Counted from the first letter of the stretch, positions 28,453 to 40,295 are shown. The stretch: 40,868 nucleotides of DNA from a bacterium (GCA_041497675.1 JBGQGY010000016.1:1-40868), one strand, 5' to 3'. Numbers and translations: made by a program. The notes: a model not told the origin generated them from the letters alone.

Positions 28453-28570
28453 CCCCGGCAGCGATCTACTCTCCCACACCGTCGCCAGTGCAGTACCATC
28501 GACCCTGGAGGGCTTAACTGCCGTGTTCGGAATGGGAACGGGTGTAACCCCTCCGGCAGCGCCACCGGGA
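28453..28570 (-). rRNA. rrf: 5S ribosomal RNA
   Basis: Conserved CACCCGTTCCCATTCCGAACACGG and GTGGGAGAGTAG; paired termini CCCGG/CCGGG; ends approximate. Confidence 0.95.
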
Positions 28571-28688
28571 ATTTGCCCCGCGAACAACGCGGGAATTTAG
28601 TCCAGACCGGATCTGAAGGTCGGACTACTGCACCAACATGGGCCTTCGATCAACGGCCCCCAGACCGGCCACACCTTGCGGCTCCATA

Positions 28689-28714
28689 CAGGCTCTATAA
28701 AGCTACTCCCAGAG
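28689..28714. repeat. 3' arm of the 23S processing stem (inverted repeat with 31781-31806)
   Basis: CAGGCTCTATAAAGCTACTCCCAGAG vs CTCTAGGAGCAGCTGTATAGAGCCTG: 26-nt duplex with one mismatch and two G-U pairs in the transcript. Confidence 0.85.
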
Positions 28715-28715
28715 C

Positions 28716-31779
<3,064 letters not shown>

Positions 31780-31780
31780 A

Positions 31781-31806
31781 CTCTAGGAGCAGCTGTATAG
31801 AGCCTG
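31781..31806. repeat. 5' arm of the 23S processing stem
   Basis: Inverted repeat of 28689-28714. Confidence 0.85.
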
Positions 31807-31869
31807 GCAACACATCACCGTCCCGCCGATCGATCAGATCCGCGGGTCGAGATGTCTTCGTCCATCTTC

Positions 31870-31884
31870 AGTTGTCAAGGAACT
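31870..31884 (-). promoter_or_regulatory. rrn boxA antitermination element
   Basis: AGTTCCTTGACAACT resembles boxA; preceded by two hairpins (GATCCC/GGGATC, CGTCGC-GAAG-GTGACG). Confidence 0.75.
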
Positions 31885-31983
31885 CCCCGTCGTCACCTTC
31901 GCGACGGATCCCGCCGGGATCGCCGGCAGGAACATTGAGGAACATGTGTTGCAGGCCTGTGGACAGTTTCGAGATCAGGGCAC

Positions 31984-32013
31984 AAAAAAGAGGGGATGAG
32001 CATTGTCCCCCTC
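31984..32013 (-). terminator. Terminator-like hairpin plus U6 inside the 23S leader
   Basis: GAGGGGG-ACAATGCTCA-TCCCCTC-TTTTTT; mutually exclusive with the GATGAGC/GCTCATC hairpin. Confidence 0.6.
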
Positions 32014-32043
32014 CGGGAAGCTCATCGGGCCTGCGTATGCAGT

Positions 32044-32064
32044 TTACCCGGTGGAATCCTGCAC
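32044..32064 (-). other. Candidate 6-codon uORF (MQDSTG) with perfect SD in the rRNA leader
   Basis: AGGAGG (32076-32071), 6 nt spacer, GTG CAG GAT TCC ACC GGG TAA; translation unproven. Confidence 0.4.
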
Positions 32065-32096
32065 CCAATCCCTCCTCACGTCCAAGCCAAGTTCTT

Positions 32097-32124
32097 ATTA
32101 TAGAAGGCGCCCAATCGTTGTCAA
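32097..32124 (-). promoter_or_regulatory. Consensus sigma70 promoter of the 23S-5S operon
   Basis: TTGACA (32124-32119), 16 bp, TATAAT (32102-32097); a 16-bp spacer is typical of rrn promoters. Confidence 0.9.
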
Positions 32125-32161
32125 CACCCGCTCCGGCGGCCCCCGTGTAGCGGTCCGCCCC

Positions 32162-32389
32162 CTACACGACCAGACAGGTCAGCGTGTCCGCCACCCCCGC
32201 GGTCCGCTGAATCCTTGTGATCACCGTATCGCCGAGGGACGCCATGTCCCCGGCTTCGGTCATGCAGATGATGTCGTAGGGACCCGTCACGACGTGCACC
32301 TCGCGGACCCCCTTGATCTTGCGGATCGCGATGGACGCCTTGCGGGCCTGGCCTGGAGCCGCCTTCAGCAGAACCACGGCAGAAACCAC
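32162..32389 (-). CDS. Stand-alone Lrp/AsnC ligand-binding domain protein
   Basis: IKGVREVHVVTGPYDII...IQRTAGVADTLT; no HTH; GGGAGG SD. Confidence 0.88.
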   Translation of the reverse strand: MVSAVVLLKAAPGQARKASIAIRKIKGVREVHVVTGPYDIICMTEAGDMASLGDTVITRIQRTAGVADTLTCLVV

Positions 32390-32429
32390 CGGACTTCACC
32401 TCCCTGTTGGGACGCAGCACGCGTAGACG

Positions 32430-34265
32430 CTAGGACGGTTTCCCGGACCGTTTGCTCAGCAGGAGATCCAGCCGGTCCACGGTCCGCGCGAGGATCGCAA
32501 ACGCACGCTCCACCGGCTCCGACGTGGAAAGATCCACGCCGGCCGCCTGCAGCGCATCGAGAGGAAACTTGGATCCCCCGGCCTTCAGGAACGCCAGGTA
32601 GCTGTCGGCCGCGCCGGGCGTACCCGCCAGCACGCGCTCGGCCAGCGCGTGGGCCCCGGAGATACCGGTCGAATACTGAAACACGTAGAAGTTCATGTAC
32701 AGGTGCGTGGGGAACTCGGCCCACATGATGCCGATACGGTCGTGATCCACTTCGACCTCGCCGCCATATCCTTCGGTGAGCAGTTGCGCCATCAGGTCGA
32801 TTAGGCTTCCGGCGGTAAGAGCCTCACCCCGCTCGACGCGCTGGTGCGTCTCCAATTCGAATCTCGCCAGCGTCGGCATCACGAAGAAATAGCGATAGAA
32901 GTTGCTCATCGCCTCTTCGAGCACGGCCAATTGTAGATCGGGATCGGTGTTCGTCGCCACGAGGTGCGCGCGGACCATGGCCTGGTTGAAGTTCGACGCG
33001 ACCTCGGCCAGAAAAATCGGATAGCGCGCATAGATGAACGGTTGCGTCTTCCACGAGTAATACGAGTGCATCGAGTGTCCCAGTTCATGGGCCAGCGTGC
33101 TCATGCTGAAAATATCGTCGGTATAACTCATGAGGATAAATGGGTTGGTCCCCTGTGATCCTGCTGAGAAGGCGCCCGAGCGCTTCCCCTTATTGGGATA
33201 GATGTCGACCCACCGCTGTTCCAGCACACCGCGACGCATGAGCGACACGTACTCGTCCCCCAAGGGTCGCATGCCCTGACAGATCCAGTCGACCGATTGC
33301 GCGAAGGGGACCGTTGGCTTGCTCGCTCCAAGCGGCGCGCTGCGATCGTAGGGGAACAGCCGATCGTAGCCGAGCGCGCGGCGCCTGACGCGCCAGTATC
33401 GGTGCCACGTTGGGAGGTTGCGGCGGAACACCTCGATGAGATTGTGAAATACGTCGACCGGGATGTGGTTTGGCAGCAACGCCGCCTCCAGCGCCGACCC
33501 ATAGCGCTTGGCGCGGGCCATGAACACGTCTTGTTTGACGCCGGCGGCGATGCAGTTGGCCATCGCATTCTTGTTGGCCAGGTGCGCATCGGCGTAGCTT
33601 TCCCATGACGTCCTGCGGACTTCGCGATCGAGATCCGTCTGCAGCCTCGAGAGGTTGCCCTGCGCCACTTCCATCGGCTCCGCCGATCCCGTGGCGTGCG
33701 CGGGACCGAAGGTGAGATCGGCGTCCGCGAGGACGCCATGTGTCGCCGCCGCCGTACGGAACGGGTCGAGCACGTACCCTAACAGTTCCTCGACCTCGGC
33801 GGTGCGAACGTGCGGCTGTCGGCGTTCGAGCCGGTCGAAGTAGTGCGCGTACGGGGCGAGGCGCGCATTGTCGCGTGTCCACCGCCGCAGCGTCTCAAAC
33901 CCGATGGCGACAATTTCTGGATCGGCGAACGCCGCGGCGGCGGTGGCCCTGGCCATCAGCCCCCGCGCCCGGTCGAACCTCGCCGCCGATTCTTGATCGG
34001 TCGTGTCGGCCGTGTGCCCCATATTGGCGTAGATCATGACGTGGCCGAGGGACCGGAAGGCCCGCTGGAAGGCCTCAAACCACTCGGTCAGGCGGGGCGG
34101 CCCGTCGGCGAGACTGACTTTGAAGCGCCCGAGTTCGGCCAGTTGGGTCTCGACCTCTTTGAAGGCTGCGTCCCAGGCCTGCGCGGACGGAAACACCGAC
34201 GCCATGTCCCAGGTGTGCTCGATCGCGATGGCACTGCGAGGAAGCACGGCGCGCAGATCTGTCAC
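32430..34265 (-). CDS. pepF: Oligoendopeptidase F (M3B)
   Basis: [42 protein letters not shown]. Confidence 0.95.
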   Translation of the reverse strand: MTDLRAVLPRSAIAIEHTWDMASVFPSAQAWDAAFKEVETQLAELGRFKVSLADGPPRLTEWFEAFQRAFRSLGHVMIYANMGHTADTTDQESAARFDRARGLMARATAAAAFADPEIVAIGFETLRRWTRDNARLAPYAHYFDRLERRQPHVRTAEVEELLGYVLDPFRTAAATHGVLADADLTFGPAHATGSAEPMEVAQGNLSRLQTDLDREVRRTSWESYADAHLANKNAMANCIAAGVKQDVFMARAKRYGSALEAALLPNHIPVDVFHNLIEVFRRNLPTWHRYWRVRRRALGYDRLFPYDRSAPLGASKPTVPFAQSVDWICQGMRPLGDEYVSLMRRGVLEQRWVDIYPNKGKRSGAFSAGSQGTNPFILMSYTDDIFSMSTLAHELGHSMHSYYSWKTQPFIYARYPIFLAEVASNFNQAMVRAHLVATNTDPDLQLAVLEEAMSNFYRYFFVMPTLARFELETHQRVERGEALTAGSLIDLMAQLLTEGYGGEVEVDHDRIGIMWAEFPTHLYMNFYVFQYSTGISGAHALAERVLAGTPGAADSYLAFLKAGGSKFPLDALQAAGVDLSTSEPVERAFAILARTVDRLDLLLSKRSGKPS

Positions 34266-34822
34266 GAAGCCGGCCCGCCGACCTTCTTGAGTCTCGAGAG
34301 GTACTGCTTGCGAAACTTCGCGACCTTGGGGGCGACGACCACCCGGCAGTACGTTTGGTCGGGGTTGTGCTCGAAGTAGCGCTGATGGTAGTCCTCAGCC
34401 GGATAGGACGCCTTGAAGGGCGTCACCTCCGTGACGATCGGGTTGCCCCACAGACGGGCCGCCGTGAGCTCGCGGATCAGCTCTTCGGCCGTGGCCTTCT
34501 GCTCAGGCGAGTGATAGAAGATGCCTGATCGGTATTGCGTCCCCATGTCGTTGCCCTGCCGGTTGAGCGTGGTCGGGTCGTGGATCGTGAATAAGACTTC
34601 GAGCATCTGTTTGAACGACACCACGCGCGGGTCGAAGGTAACCTGGACGACCTCGGCGTGGCCGGTCGTGCCGGTGCAGACCTGTTTATAGGAAGGATTG
34701 GGCAGGGCTCCTCCGGAGTACCCGGAGATGGCGCTCTCGACACCCTGGAGGTCGTTAAACACGGTCTCCACGCACCAAAAGCACCCGCCCGCCAGTGTGG
34801 CGACTTCCCGCTCGACGGTCAT
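34262..34822 (-). CDS. msrA: Peptide-methionine (S)-S-oxide reductase
   Basis: [38 protein letters not shown]. Confidence 0.96.
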   Translation of the reverse strand: MTVEREVATLAGGCFWCVETVFNDLQGVESAISGYSGGALPNPSYKQVCTGTTGHAEVVQVTFDPRVVSFKQMLEVLFTIHDPTTLNRQGNDMGTQYRSGIFYHSPEQKATAEELIRELTAARLWGNPIVTEVTPFKASYPAEDYHQRYFEHNPDQTYCRVVVAPKVAKFRKQYLSRLKKVGGPAS

Positions 34823-34910
34823 CCGCGCACGCTCCTCTCACGTCCTCTTTCTGCTCATCGAACGTGGAACCCGATAATCCGCCCGGTTGTTCCCTCGCTG
34901 AAGGCCTTCA

Positions 34911-35114
34911 TCACGCAGGGACCGCCAGACGATCGAAGAGTCTCCTTCCGGCGTGCGCGACCTCTCGCACGGCAGTCTCGAACGAGCGCTGGTTGGCCCG
35001 TGACGGGGTGTGGTAGCCGCTGATCTTGCGGACGAATTGCAGCGCGGCGTCGTGCAACTCCTGGTCGGTCGGCAGGCCACCGGGCTGGCGCAGTTTCTTG
35101 ATGTTCCGACACAT
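34911..35114 (-). CDS. DUF2277 family protein
   Basis: MCRNIK...AALQFVRKISG...PSRAN pattern; starts 1 nt after the upstream stop. Confidence 0.85.
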   Translation of the reverse strand: MCRNIKKLRQPGGLPTDQELHDAALQFVRKISGYHTPSRANQRSFETAVREVAHAGRRLFDRLAVPA

Positions 35115-35115
35115 C

Positions 35116-35991
35116 TCAGCGGACCGTCTGCCAGTCGATTAGCGGACCCGCCACCCAGGTGGGTTTCGGCTGGCGATAGAGTTCGGTCGTATCTGTGTAC
35201 GTGAGCTCGAGGATGCGCCCGCGCATGGCACCGCGCAGGTGGCGGTACACCTGCCCGGCGTCCCGGGCATCGTTCTTAGCGCGCACGCAGTGCTCGTCAT
35301 ATCCCAAATAGTCACCACGCGCCAAGAGATCGATTCCTTCCTCGATCGTCCGGCGCGCGAGTTCCAACCCGCCCTGCAGCGGGTGGAACGACTTGTCAGG
35401 CGGGTCGCCGTACCCGATCCCGTGATGGAACGCATCGGCGGTCGAGACGATGACCGCGCCCACGGCGAGCCGGGCGAGTTTGTCGATACCGGGCAGCCGT
35501 TCGGGCTTGCCGCCTGCCAGAAACGGATAGCGCTCGATGACCTCTGGACCCTTGACCCCGCGACGTTTCGTCTCGGCTTCCCAGAAGTGCCGGAACGTCA
35601 CCAGGGAATGATCGTCGCGCCACTCATTCCGACCGGCGATGCCCGGTCCTTGAATCCCCCAGAATGGCCACTTGGAGGGATCCTCCCCGGCCGACACAAG
35701 GCGACGGGCCTCCTGCATCTCATCGGTGAAGGCGTGCAGGACGCTCACCACGATCACGCGCTCGGCCCCACTGTCCAGGCAGGCGCTGATGACCGCCGCG
35801 GTCTGATGACCACAATCGAGCACGCTCGTGTGGGGAAACACCAGCACGCCCCCGGCTTTCAGCGTGGGCGCCAGGTTCCATTGTCGCGCCTGCTCGAAGC
35901 GTTGGCGCGTGCCGTGCTCGCCCAACGCCTCGTGTTCTCGGCGGTACAACGCGTGGATCTCTTGGCGCAGCTTCTGCCGGTCGATACTCAT
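35116..35991 (-). CDS. Divergent Memo-like (MEMO1 / AmmeMemoRadiSAM B fold) protein
   Basis: LVFPHTS..DCG...AA, RVIVVSVLH, DHS and IVSTADAFHHG follow the order of Memo motifs PHAG, GPSH, EHS, SSDFxH; GGGAGG SD. Confidence 0.6.
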   Translation of the reverse strand: MSIDRQKLRQEIHALYRREHEALGEHGTRQRFEQARQWNLAPTLKAGGVLVFPHTSVLDCGHQTAAVISACLDSGAERVIVVSVLHAFTDEMQEARRLVSAGEDPSKWPFWGIQGPGIAGRNEWRDDHSLVTFRHFWEAETKRRGVKGPEVIERYPFLAGGKPERLPGIDKLARLAVGAVIVSTADAFHHGIGYGDPPDKSFHPLQGGLELARRTIEEGIDLLARGDYLGYDEHCVRAKNDARDAGQVYRHLRGAMRGRILELTYTDTTELYRQPKPTWVAGPLIDWQTVR

Positions 35992-36099
35992 CGGACGCCT
36001 CCCGGGATCTTCGGGGAGAGTTGGGCGCCGCGGCGATTGGCACCTGCCTCACCGCCATCGGACGTGGGCATATCGGGACCACGATCAGACGATCACCTT

Positions 36100-36630
36100 C
36101 TAGGCGCCCGCGGACTCGACCATCCGGTCGCGAAATTGCCGCAACTCACGCGGCGACCGTAGATGAACGACACGGTCCCGGATGTGCGGTTCTGCCAGCA
36201 GGGCGATCAGCCGCGGGCGATACTCGTAGTGGACTCGCCGGATCACCTGCAACAGCCGCCACGTGATCGGCAGGACCTTGCACCCCTTGGGCGGCCAGTC
36301 ACGCCGCAGCCCAAGGGTGCACTCGACCTGCCGCTTGATAGCCCACCAATAATGGGTTCTGAGCGGAAAGTCAACGAGGACGATCGCATCCGCCATCGCA
36401 AACCGCTCCGCCAGACTCTCCCAGCTCCCCCATCCGTCGATGATCCAGCCCGGTTCGGCGAGCCAGCGCGCGTGCGTCCTCGCGATGTCGTCGAGGGGCG
36501 TGCGGACCCAACCCGGTTGCCACTGCACGTCGTCGACGGCATGCACGGGCAGCGTGAGCGCCCGCGCCAACTCGCGGGCCAGAATGGATTTGCCCCCTCC
36601 GCCGTTCCCGATGATCGCGACGCGCCGCAT
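36100..36630 (-). CDS. Adenylate kinase-like / FlaR (topology modulation) family P-loop protein
   Basis: MRRVAIIGNGGGGKS, DDVQWQPGW, WIIDG, ADAIVLVDFP; upstream part of the track ORF is a thrC shadow. Confidence 0.85.
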   Translation of the reverse strand: MRRVAIIGNGGGGKSILARELARALTLPVHAVDDVQWQPGWVRTPLDDIARTHARWLAEPGWIIDGWGSWESLAERFAMADAIVLVDFPLRTHYWWAIKRQVECTLGLRRDWPPKGCKVLPITWRLLQVIRRVHYEYRPRLIALLAEPHIRDRVVHLRSPRELRQFRDRMVESAGA

Positions 36631-36641
36631 GTTCTCTCTCT

Positions 36642-36666
36642 TTTCTCTGCGCCGCGGAGAGGGCCT
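36642..36666 (-). promoter_or_regulatory. sigmaH-like promoter motif (AGG-N18-GAAA)
   Basis: AGG 36666-36664, GAA 36645-36643, ATG at 36630. Confidence 0.45.
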
Positions 36667-36738
36667 TGCGGCCGGAGAGGCGACAAAGGGAAAGAGAGTG
36701 GATGAGGCCAAGAGTGCGATTGGCGGAGGTGTGAGGCC

Positions 36739-38088
36739 ATGAACTACCAAGCCTGGTTCCAATGCGTCAATGGCTGTCCCGGCAGATTCCCTTTGACAGA
36801 GATCATCTACCGCTGCCCAACGTGTGACGCGCTGCTCGAGGTACGCCATGACATGGACGCGCTCCGTCATCGCGCGTCGTCCGCATGGATCCAGCTCTTC
36901 GACGATCGCTACCGCCGTAACGTGTATCCCTATGGATCTGGTGTGTGGGGCAAGAAAGAGTGGGTCATGCCGTCGATCGACAACGAGAACGTGGTCTCGG
37001 TCTATGAAGGGAACACAAATCTGTTTTGGGCGGAGCGGTACGGGAAGCAATTGGGAGTGGACGATCTATGGGTCAAGCAGTGCGGCATCTCGCACACCGG
37101 ATCGTTCAAAGACCTCGGCATGACCGTCCTCGTGTCGGTCGTCAAGCAGATGATCAGCGACGGCAAACCCATCCACGCGGTGGCGTGCGCGTCGACCGGC
37201 GACACGTCTGCGGCGCTCGCCGCCTACTGCGCCGCGGCCGGGATTGCCGCCGTCGTGCTGCTGCCCCGCAATCGAGTCACGCCGGCGCAGCTGGTCCAAC
37301 CGCTGGCCAACGGCGCGCTGGTGCTCTCGCTCGACACGGACTTCGACGGGTGCATGGCGATCGTCAAAGAGATCACGAAAGACAATCGGGTCTATCTGGC
37401 CAACTCGCTCAACAGCCTCCGGATCGAGGGGCAAAAGACGGTGTCGATCGAGATCGTGCAGCAGTTCGACTGGGAAGTGCCGGACTGGGTCATCATCCCC
37501 GGTGGCAACCTGGGCAACGTCAGCGCGCTGGGCAGCGGCTTCCTGATGATGCACGAGTTGGGACTCATCCAGAAGCTACCGCGGATCTGTGTAGCCCAGG
37601 CGCACAACGCCAATCCCCTCTACCGTTCGTTCCTCCAGGGTTTTCGGACGTTCGAACCGATCGCCGCCCAGCCCACGCTGGCCAGCGCGATTCAGATCGG
37701 CAACCCGGTATCGAGCCGCCGAGCCATCGCCACGCTCCAGAAGTTCGACGGCCTGGTCGAGGAAGCCACTGAACAAGAATTGGTCGACGAAGCAACCCTG
37801 GCCGACCGGACGGGAATGTTCAACTGCCCGCATACCGGTGTCGCGCTGGCGGCATTGCGGAAACTGGTCGAGGGCAAGATCATCCGGTCGAGCGAGCGCG
37901 TCGTGGTCATCTCGACGGCGCACGGGCTCAAGTTCGCCGACCAGAAGGCCGCGTATCACACCGCGGCGCTGCCCGGGGTCAGGGCGTCGTATGCAAATCG
38001 CCCGGTGCAACTCCAGGCTGATCTTGGAAAGGTGACTGACGCCATCGCCCGGCACGTGGACCGCATTCAAACGCTCGATCGCTCGTAG
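36739..38088 (+). CDS. thrC: Threonine synthase
   Basis: [49 protein letters not shown]-terminal Cys pairs; GGAGG SD. Confidence 0.94.
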   Translation: MNYQAWFQCVNGCPGRFPLTEIIYRCPTCDALLEVRHDMDALRHRASSAWIQLFDDRYRRNVYPYGSGVWGKKEWVMPSIDNENVVSVYEGNTNLFWAERYGKQLGVDDLWVKQCGISHTGSFKDLGMTVLVSVVKQMISDGKPIHAVACASTGDTSAALAAYCAAAGIAAVVLLPRNRVTPAQLVQPLANGALVLSLDTDFDGCMAIVKEITKDNRVYLANSLNSLRIEGQKTVSIEIVQQFDWEVPDWVIIPGGNLGNVSALGSGFLMMHELGLIQKLPRICVAQAHNANPLYRSFLQGFRTFEPIAAQPTLASAIQIGNPVSSRRAIATLQKFDGLVEEATEQELVDEATLADRTGMFNCPHTGVALAALRKLVEGKIIRSSERVVVISTAHGLKFADQKAAYHTAALPGVRASYANRPVQLQADLGKVTDAIARHVDRIQTLDRS

Positions 38089-38092
38089 ATCG

Positions 38093-38449
38093 TCACGCCC
38101 GGATCTTCAGCGACGCCGCGACACGCTCCAGCGTCTTGTCGAGTGTCCACAGGTTGCACCTGGTCACAAGGGCTGACGCGACCAGGTGGACGTCGATCCA
38201 CCCGAGCCCCAGCCCATGCAGTCGTGCGGTCTCGATCAGGAACAGAACTTCCTCGTGGTCGGTGACCCGCGATTGAGGCAATGCACCCAACAGGTTGAGG
38301 ACCTCGGCCCGTCCGTGTAAATGTCCGCAGGCTAATTCGCCGATGATGAACGGGTGGCAGAGTACCTGATCATCCAAGAGCAGCGCGGAGAGCCGCGGAC
38401 TCCCCCGTCGAAGGTGTTCCACCCAGACTGATGTATCGACCAGCGTCAC
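38093..38449 (-). CDS. vapC: PIN-domain toxin VapC
   Basis: LVDTSVW, GEL, GWIDVHL, LWTLDK acidic residues; GTGA overlap with the antitoxin. Confidence 0.92.
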   Translation of the reverse strand: MTLVDTSVWVEHLRRGSPRLSALLLDDQVLCHPFIIGELACGHLHGRAEVLNLLGALPQSRVTDHEEVLFLIETARLHGLGLGWIDVHLVASALVTRCNLWTLDKTLERVAASLKIRA

Positions 38450-38646
38450 GCCGCCGTCCGAGACCGTCGCCGCCGAACAGGCTTCAGCGCTCTTTCGGTC
38501 CCGCCGAGCGCCGCCAGGCGCCGGGCGCTTTCCCGGGCAATCAGGGCCTCGAGTCCCAGACGGACCAGCGCGGTTTTCTCGCTGACACCAGTGAGTCGCG
38601 CCGCCCGTCGCAGCAATTCATCGTTGATGTTTAGAGTGGTCTTCAT
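38446..38646 (-). CDS. vapB: VapB family antitoxin
   Basis: MKTTLNINDELL..A...TG..EKTALVRLGLEAL (RHH-type). Confidence 0.92.
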   Translation of the reverse strand: MKTTLNINDELLRRAARLTGVSEKTALVRLGLEALIARESARRLAALGGTERALKPVRRRRSRTAA

Positions 38647-38682
38647 ATGTATCAGTATGTATCATTCATACATACTCGTCAA
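38647..38682 (-). promoter_or_regulatory. Leaderless vapBC promoter with palindromic operator
   Basis: TTGACG (38682-38677), 17 bp, CATACT (38659-38654), 7 nt, ATG; inverted repeat AGTATGTAT-N5-ATACATACT at 38654-38676. Confidence 0.8.
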
Positions 38683-38703
38683 TCCGCTGAGATTCCGGCC
38701 GTT

Positions 38704-39813
38704 TCACGCCCGGAGATACGCAGAGTCGAGCACCATCGCGTCGGACTTCACGAAGTCCATGATCTGCGAGCGCGAAAACGGCCAGCCAGAGTCTTCCAAC
38801 CCTTCGTCTTGTTCGAAGAACCGGACGACGTCTTCAACGTTCCACGGACCCAAGGAGGCCACGTAGTTGCCATACTCTGCGGCGATGTCTCGCCACTGGG
38901 AGTACTGCCTTTTCGTGAGCAAGACGGCGCCCGATTGCAAGTAGACCAGATGCAGTGGCACGCTTGCGTCACCATCGCGTAGAGCGGCCAACAGATCCCC
39001 GAATGGTGCGCTTCCGTGTCCCATCTTGAACGGAGCCAGACGACGATAGATCTCGGCGGCCACTGCGTGAAACTCTCCCGGCAGCCCGGCGCTGCGGAAT
39101 GTCGCCGAAATCTCATCCATCTCGCCCACGAACCGCCATGCCTTCGCGCCCGCCTGCCGCACCCGTTGCTCGGCCCGCTTCGCAGAGTCGGCGTCATCGC
39201 TATCCCACTGCCGGTAGAGATTGTCGCGGACGCCGAGACGCTCAGCCGTTGCCACGACGGCGGCCAGGAGCGCGGTCGTGCCCTTCGTGTAGGCCGCGTA
39301 GCACATCTTGAGCGCCGACGCCTTGCCGGCCTCCGCGCCGATGACTTCTGTCGCCAACGGACCACCCGCGAAGCAGGCCGCCACCTCGCCGGCCCGCGTG
39401 CCGGACAGGTAGAGCCGGGTCGCGCCCGGCGTCCAGGCCGGGCCGCCGATGACACCGCCGTCGACAAACGCGACGCCGGCAGCCGTCATCTTTTGACCCA
39501 TGTCGATTGCCCGCTGCGGAGAAATCGCGTTCGCATCCAGATACAGACCGGCAAACCCGCACGCCAGGACCTGGCGTGCGACGGCATCCGCGGCGTCCGG
39601 CGGGCACACGCTCACAATGACCGAGCAGGTCGCGCAGAGACTCGCAAGGGTGCCGGCGTCACGCAGCGCGCATTTCGCCGCGCGGTCCCGAGTCTGTGGG
39701 CTGCGTCCCTCGGACGCCCAGTACACCTCATGCCCGGTCTTCTGGGCGCTCGCCGCCACCGATATGCCCATCTCACCTGGATGGATGATCCCGATGCGTT
39801 GACTACCTGTCAC
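38704..39813 (-). CDS. NAD(P)-dependent oxidoreductase (6PGD/3-HIBADH-like plus DUF1932-like) with an extra ~85-aa C-terminal domain
   Basis: IGIIHPGEMG, DANAISP, FVDGGVIGGP, ASALKMCYAAYTKG, KAWRFVGEMDEI. Confidence 0.85.
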   Translation of the reverse strand: MTGSQRIGIIHPGEMGISVAASAQKTGHEVYWASEGRSPQTRDRAAKCALRDAGTLASLCATCSVIVSVCPPDAADAVARQVLACGFAGLYLDANAISPQRAIDMGQKMTAAGVAFVDGGVIGGPAWTPGATRLYLSGTRAGEVAACFAGGPLATEVIGAEAGKASALKMCYAAYTKGTTALLAAVVATAERLGVRDNLYRQWDSDDADSAKRAEQRVRQAGAKAWRFVGEMDEISATFRSAGLPGEFHAVAAEIYRRLAPFKMGHGSAPFGDLLAALRDGDASVPLHLVYLQSGAVLLTKRQYSQWRDIAAEYGNYVASLGPWNVEDVVRFFEQDEGLEDSGWPFSRSQIMDFVKSDAMVLDSAYLRA

Positions 39814-40225
39814 GGCTGCTCTCCTCTACCCTCGCTCGTGCCTGACGCGACTTCTTTGGCCGTACGGCGACCTGGACTTGATCGCGATACACGACGTCGA
39901 CCGACTTCTCTTTGATGCTGATGACCCGGTAGCGCTGCCCGACCGTCAGACACGCCGCGACCGTCTTCCGCCCGTAGCGTCGCCACCCTTCCTCCGTGAA
40001 GTAGAACCTCGTGTTCTTGGACAGCCGGCGGGGCGCGGGCATCTGGATCCAGGCACGAGCGACCGCCTCATGACGAGTCAAGCCCATGAGGCCCTGCTTC
40101 CAATCACGGTCGGTGATCTGCTCGACGATGCGCAACGGAAGATCGGCAACGCCCGAGAGCCGACGAAGCATGCGCAACTGCTCCCTGCGACTCATGTGCT
40201 CAATCAACTCGATACGGCGGAACAT
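39803..40225 (-). CDS. Hypothetical basic protein
   Basis: 140-aa ORF filling the gap between co-oriented genes with protein-like composition (RFYFTEEGW...VVYRDQVQV). Confidence 0.7.
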   Translation of the reverse strand: MFRRIELIEHMSRREQLRMLRRLSGVADLPLRIVEQITDRDWKQGLMGLTRHEAVARAWIQMPAPRRLSKNTRFYFTEEGWRRYGRKTVAACLTVGQRYRVISIKEKSVDVVYRDQVQVAVRPKKSRQARARVEESSRDR

Positions 40226-40295
40226 CTCTCGTCACCAGGGCTCATCGCCACTCTCCACCGTTCATGCCGGGCGCAATATCACGAGAGCAGGCTTC

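Noticed and set aside
31959..31967. DnaA-box-like CTGTCCACA in the leader
   Set aside because: Single 7/9 match with no cluster
31868..32068. 66-aa minus-strand ORF in the rRNA leader
   Set aside because: TTG is only 2 nt from the SD, and the ORF crosses the terminator and boxA; the GTG uORF fits SD spacing better
36631..37050. N-terminal extension of the FlaR-like ORF
   Set aside because: Overlaps thrC antisense; family similarity starts at MRRVAIIG
40204..40245. 13-codon minus-strand ORF with GGAGAG SD overlapping the 40225 start out of frame
   Set aside because: No supporting structure or conservation evidence; could be chance
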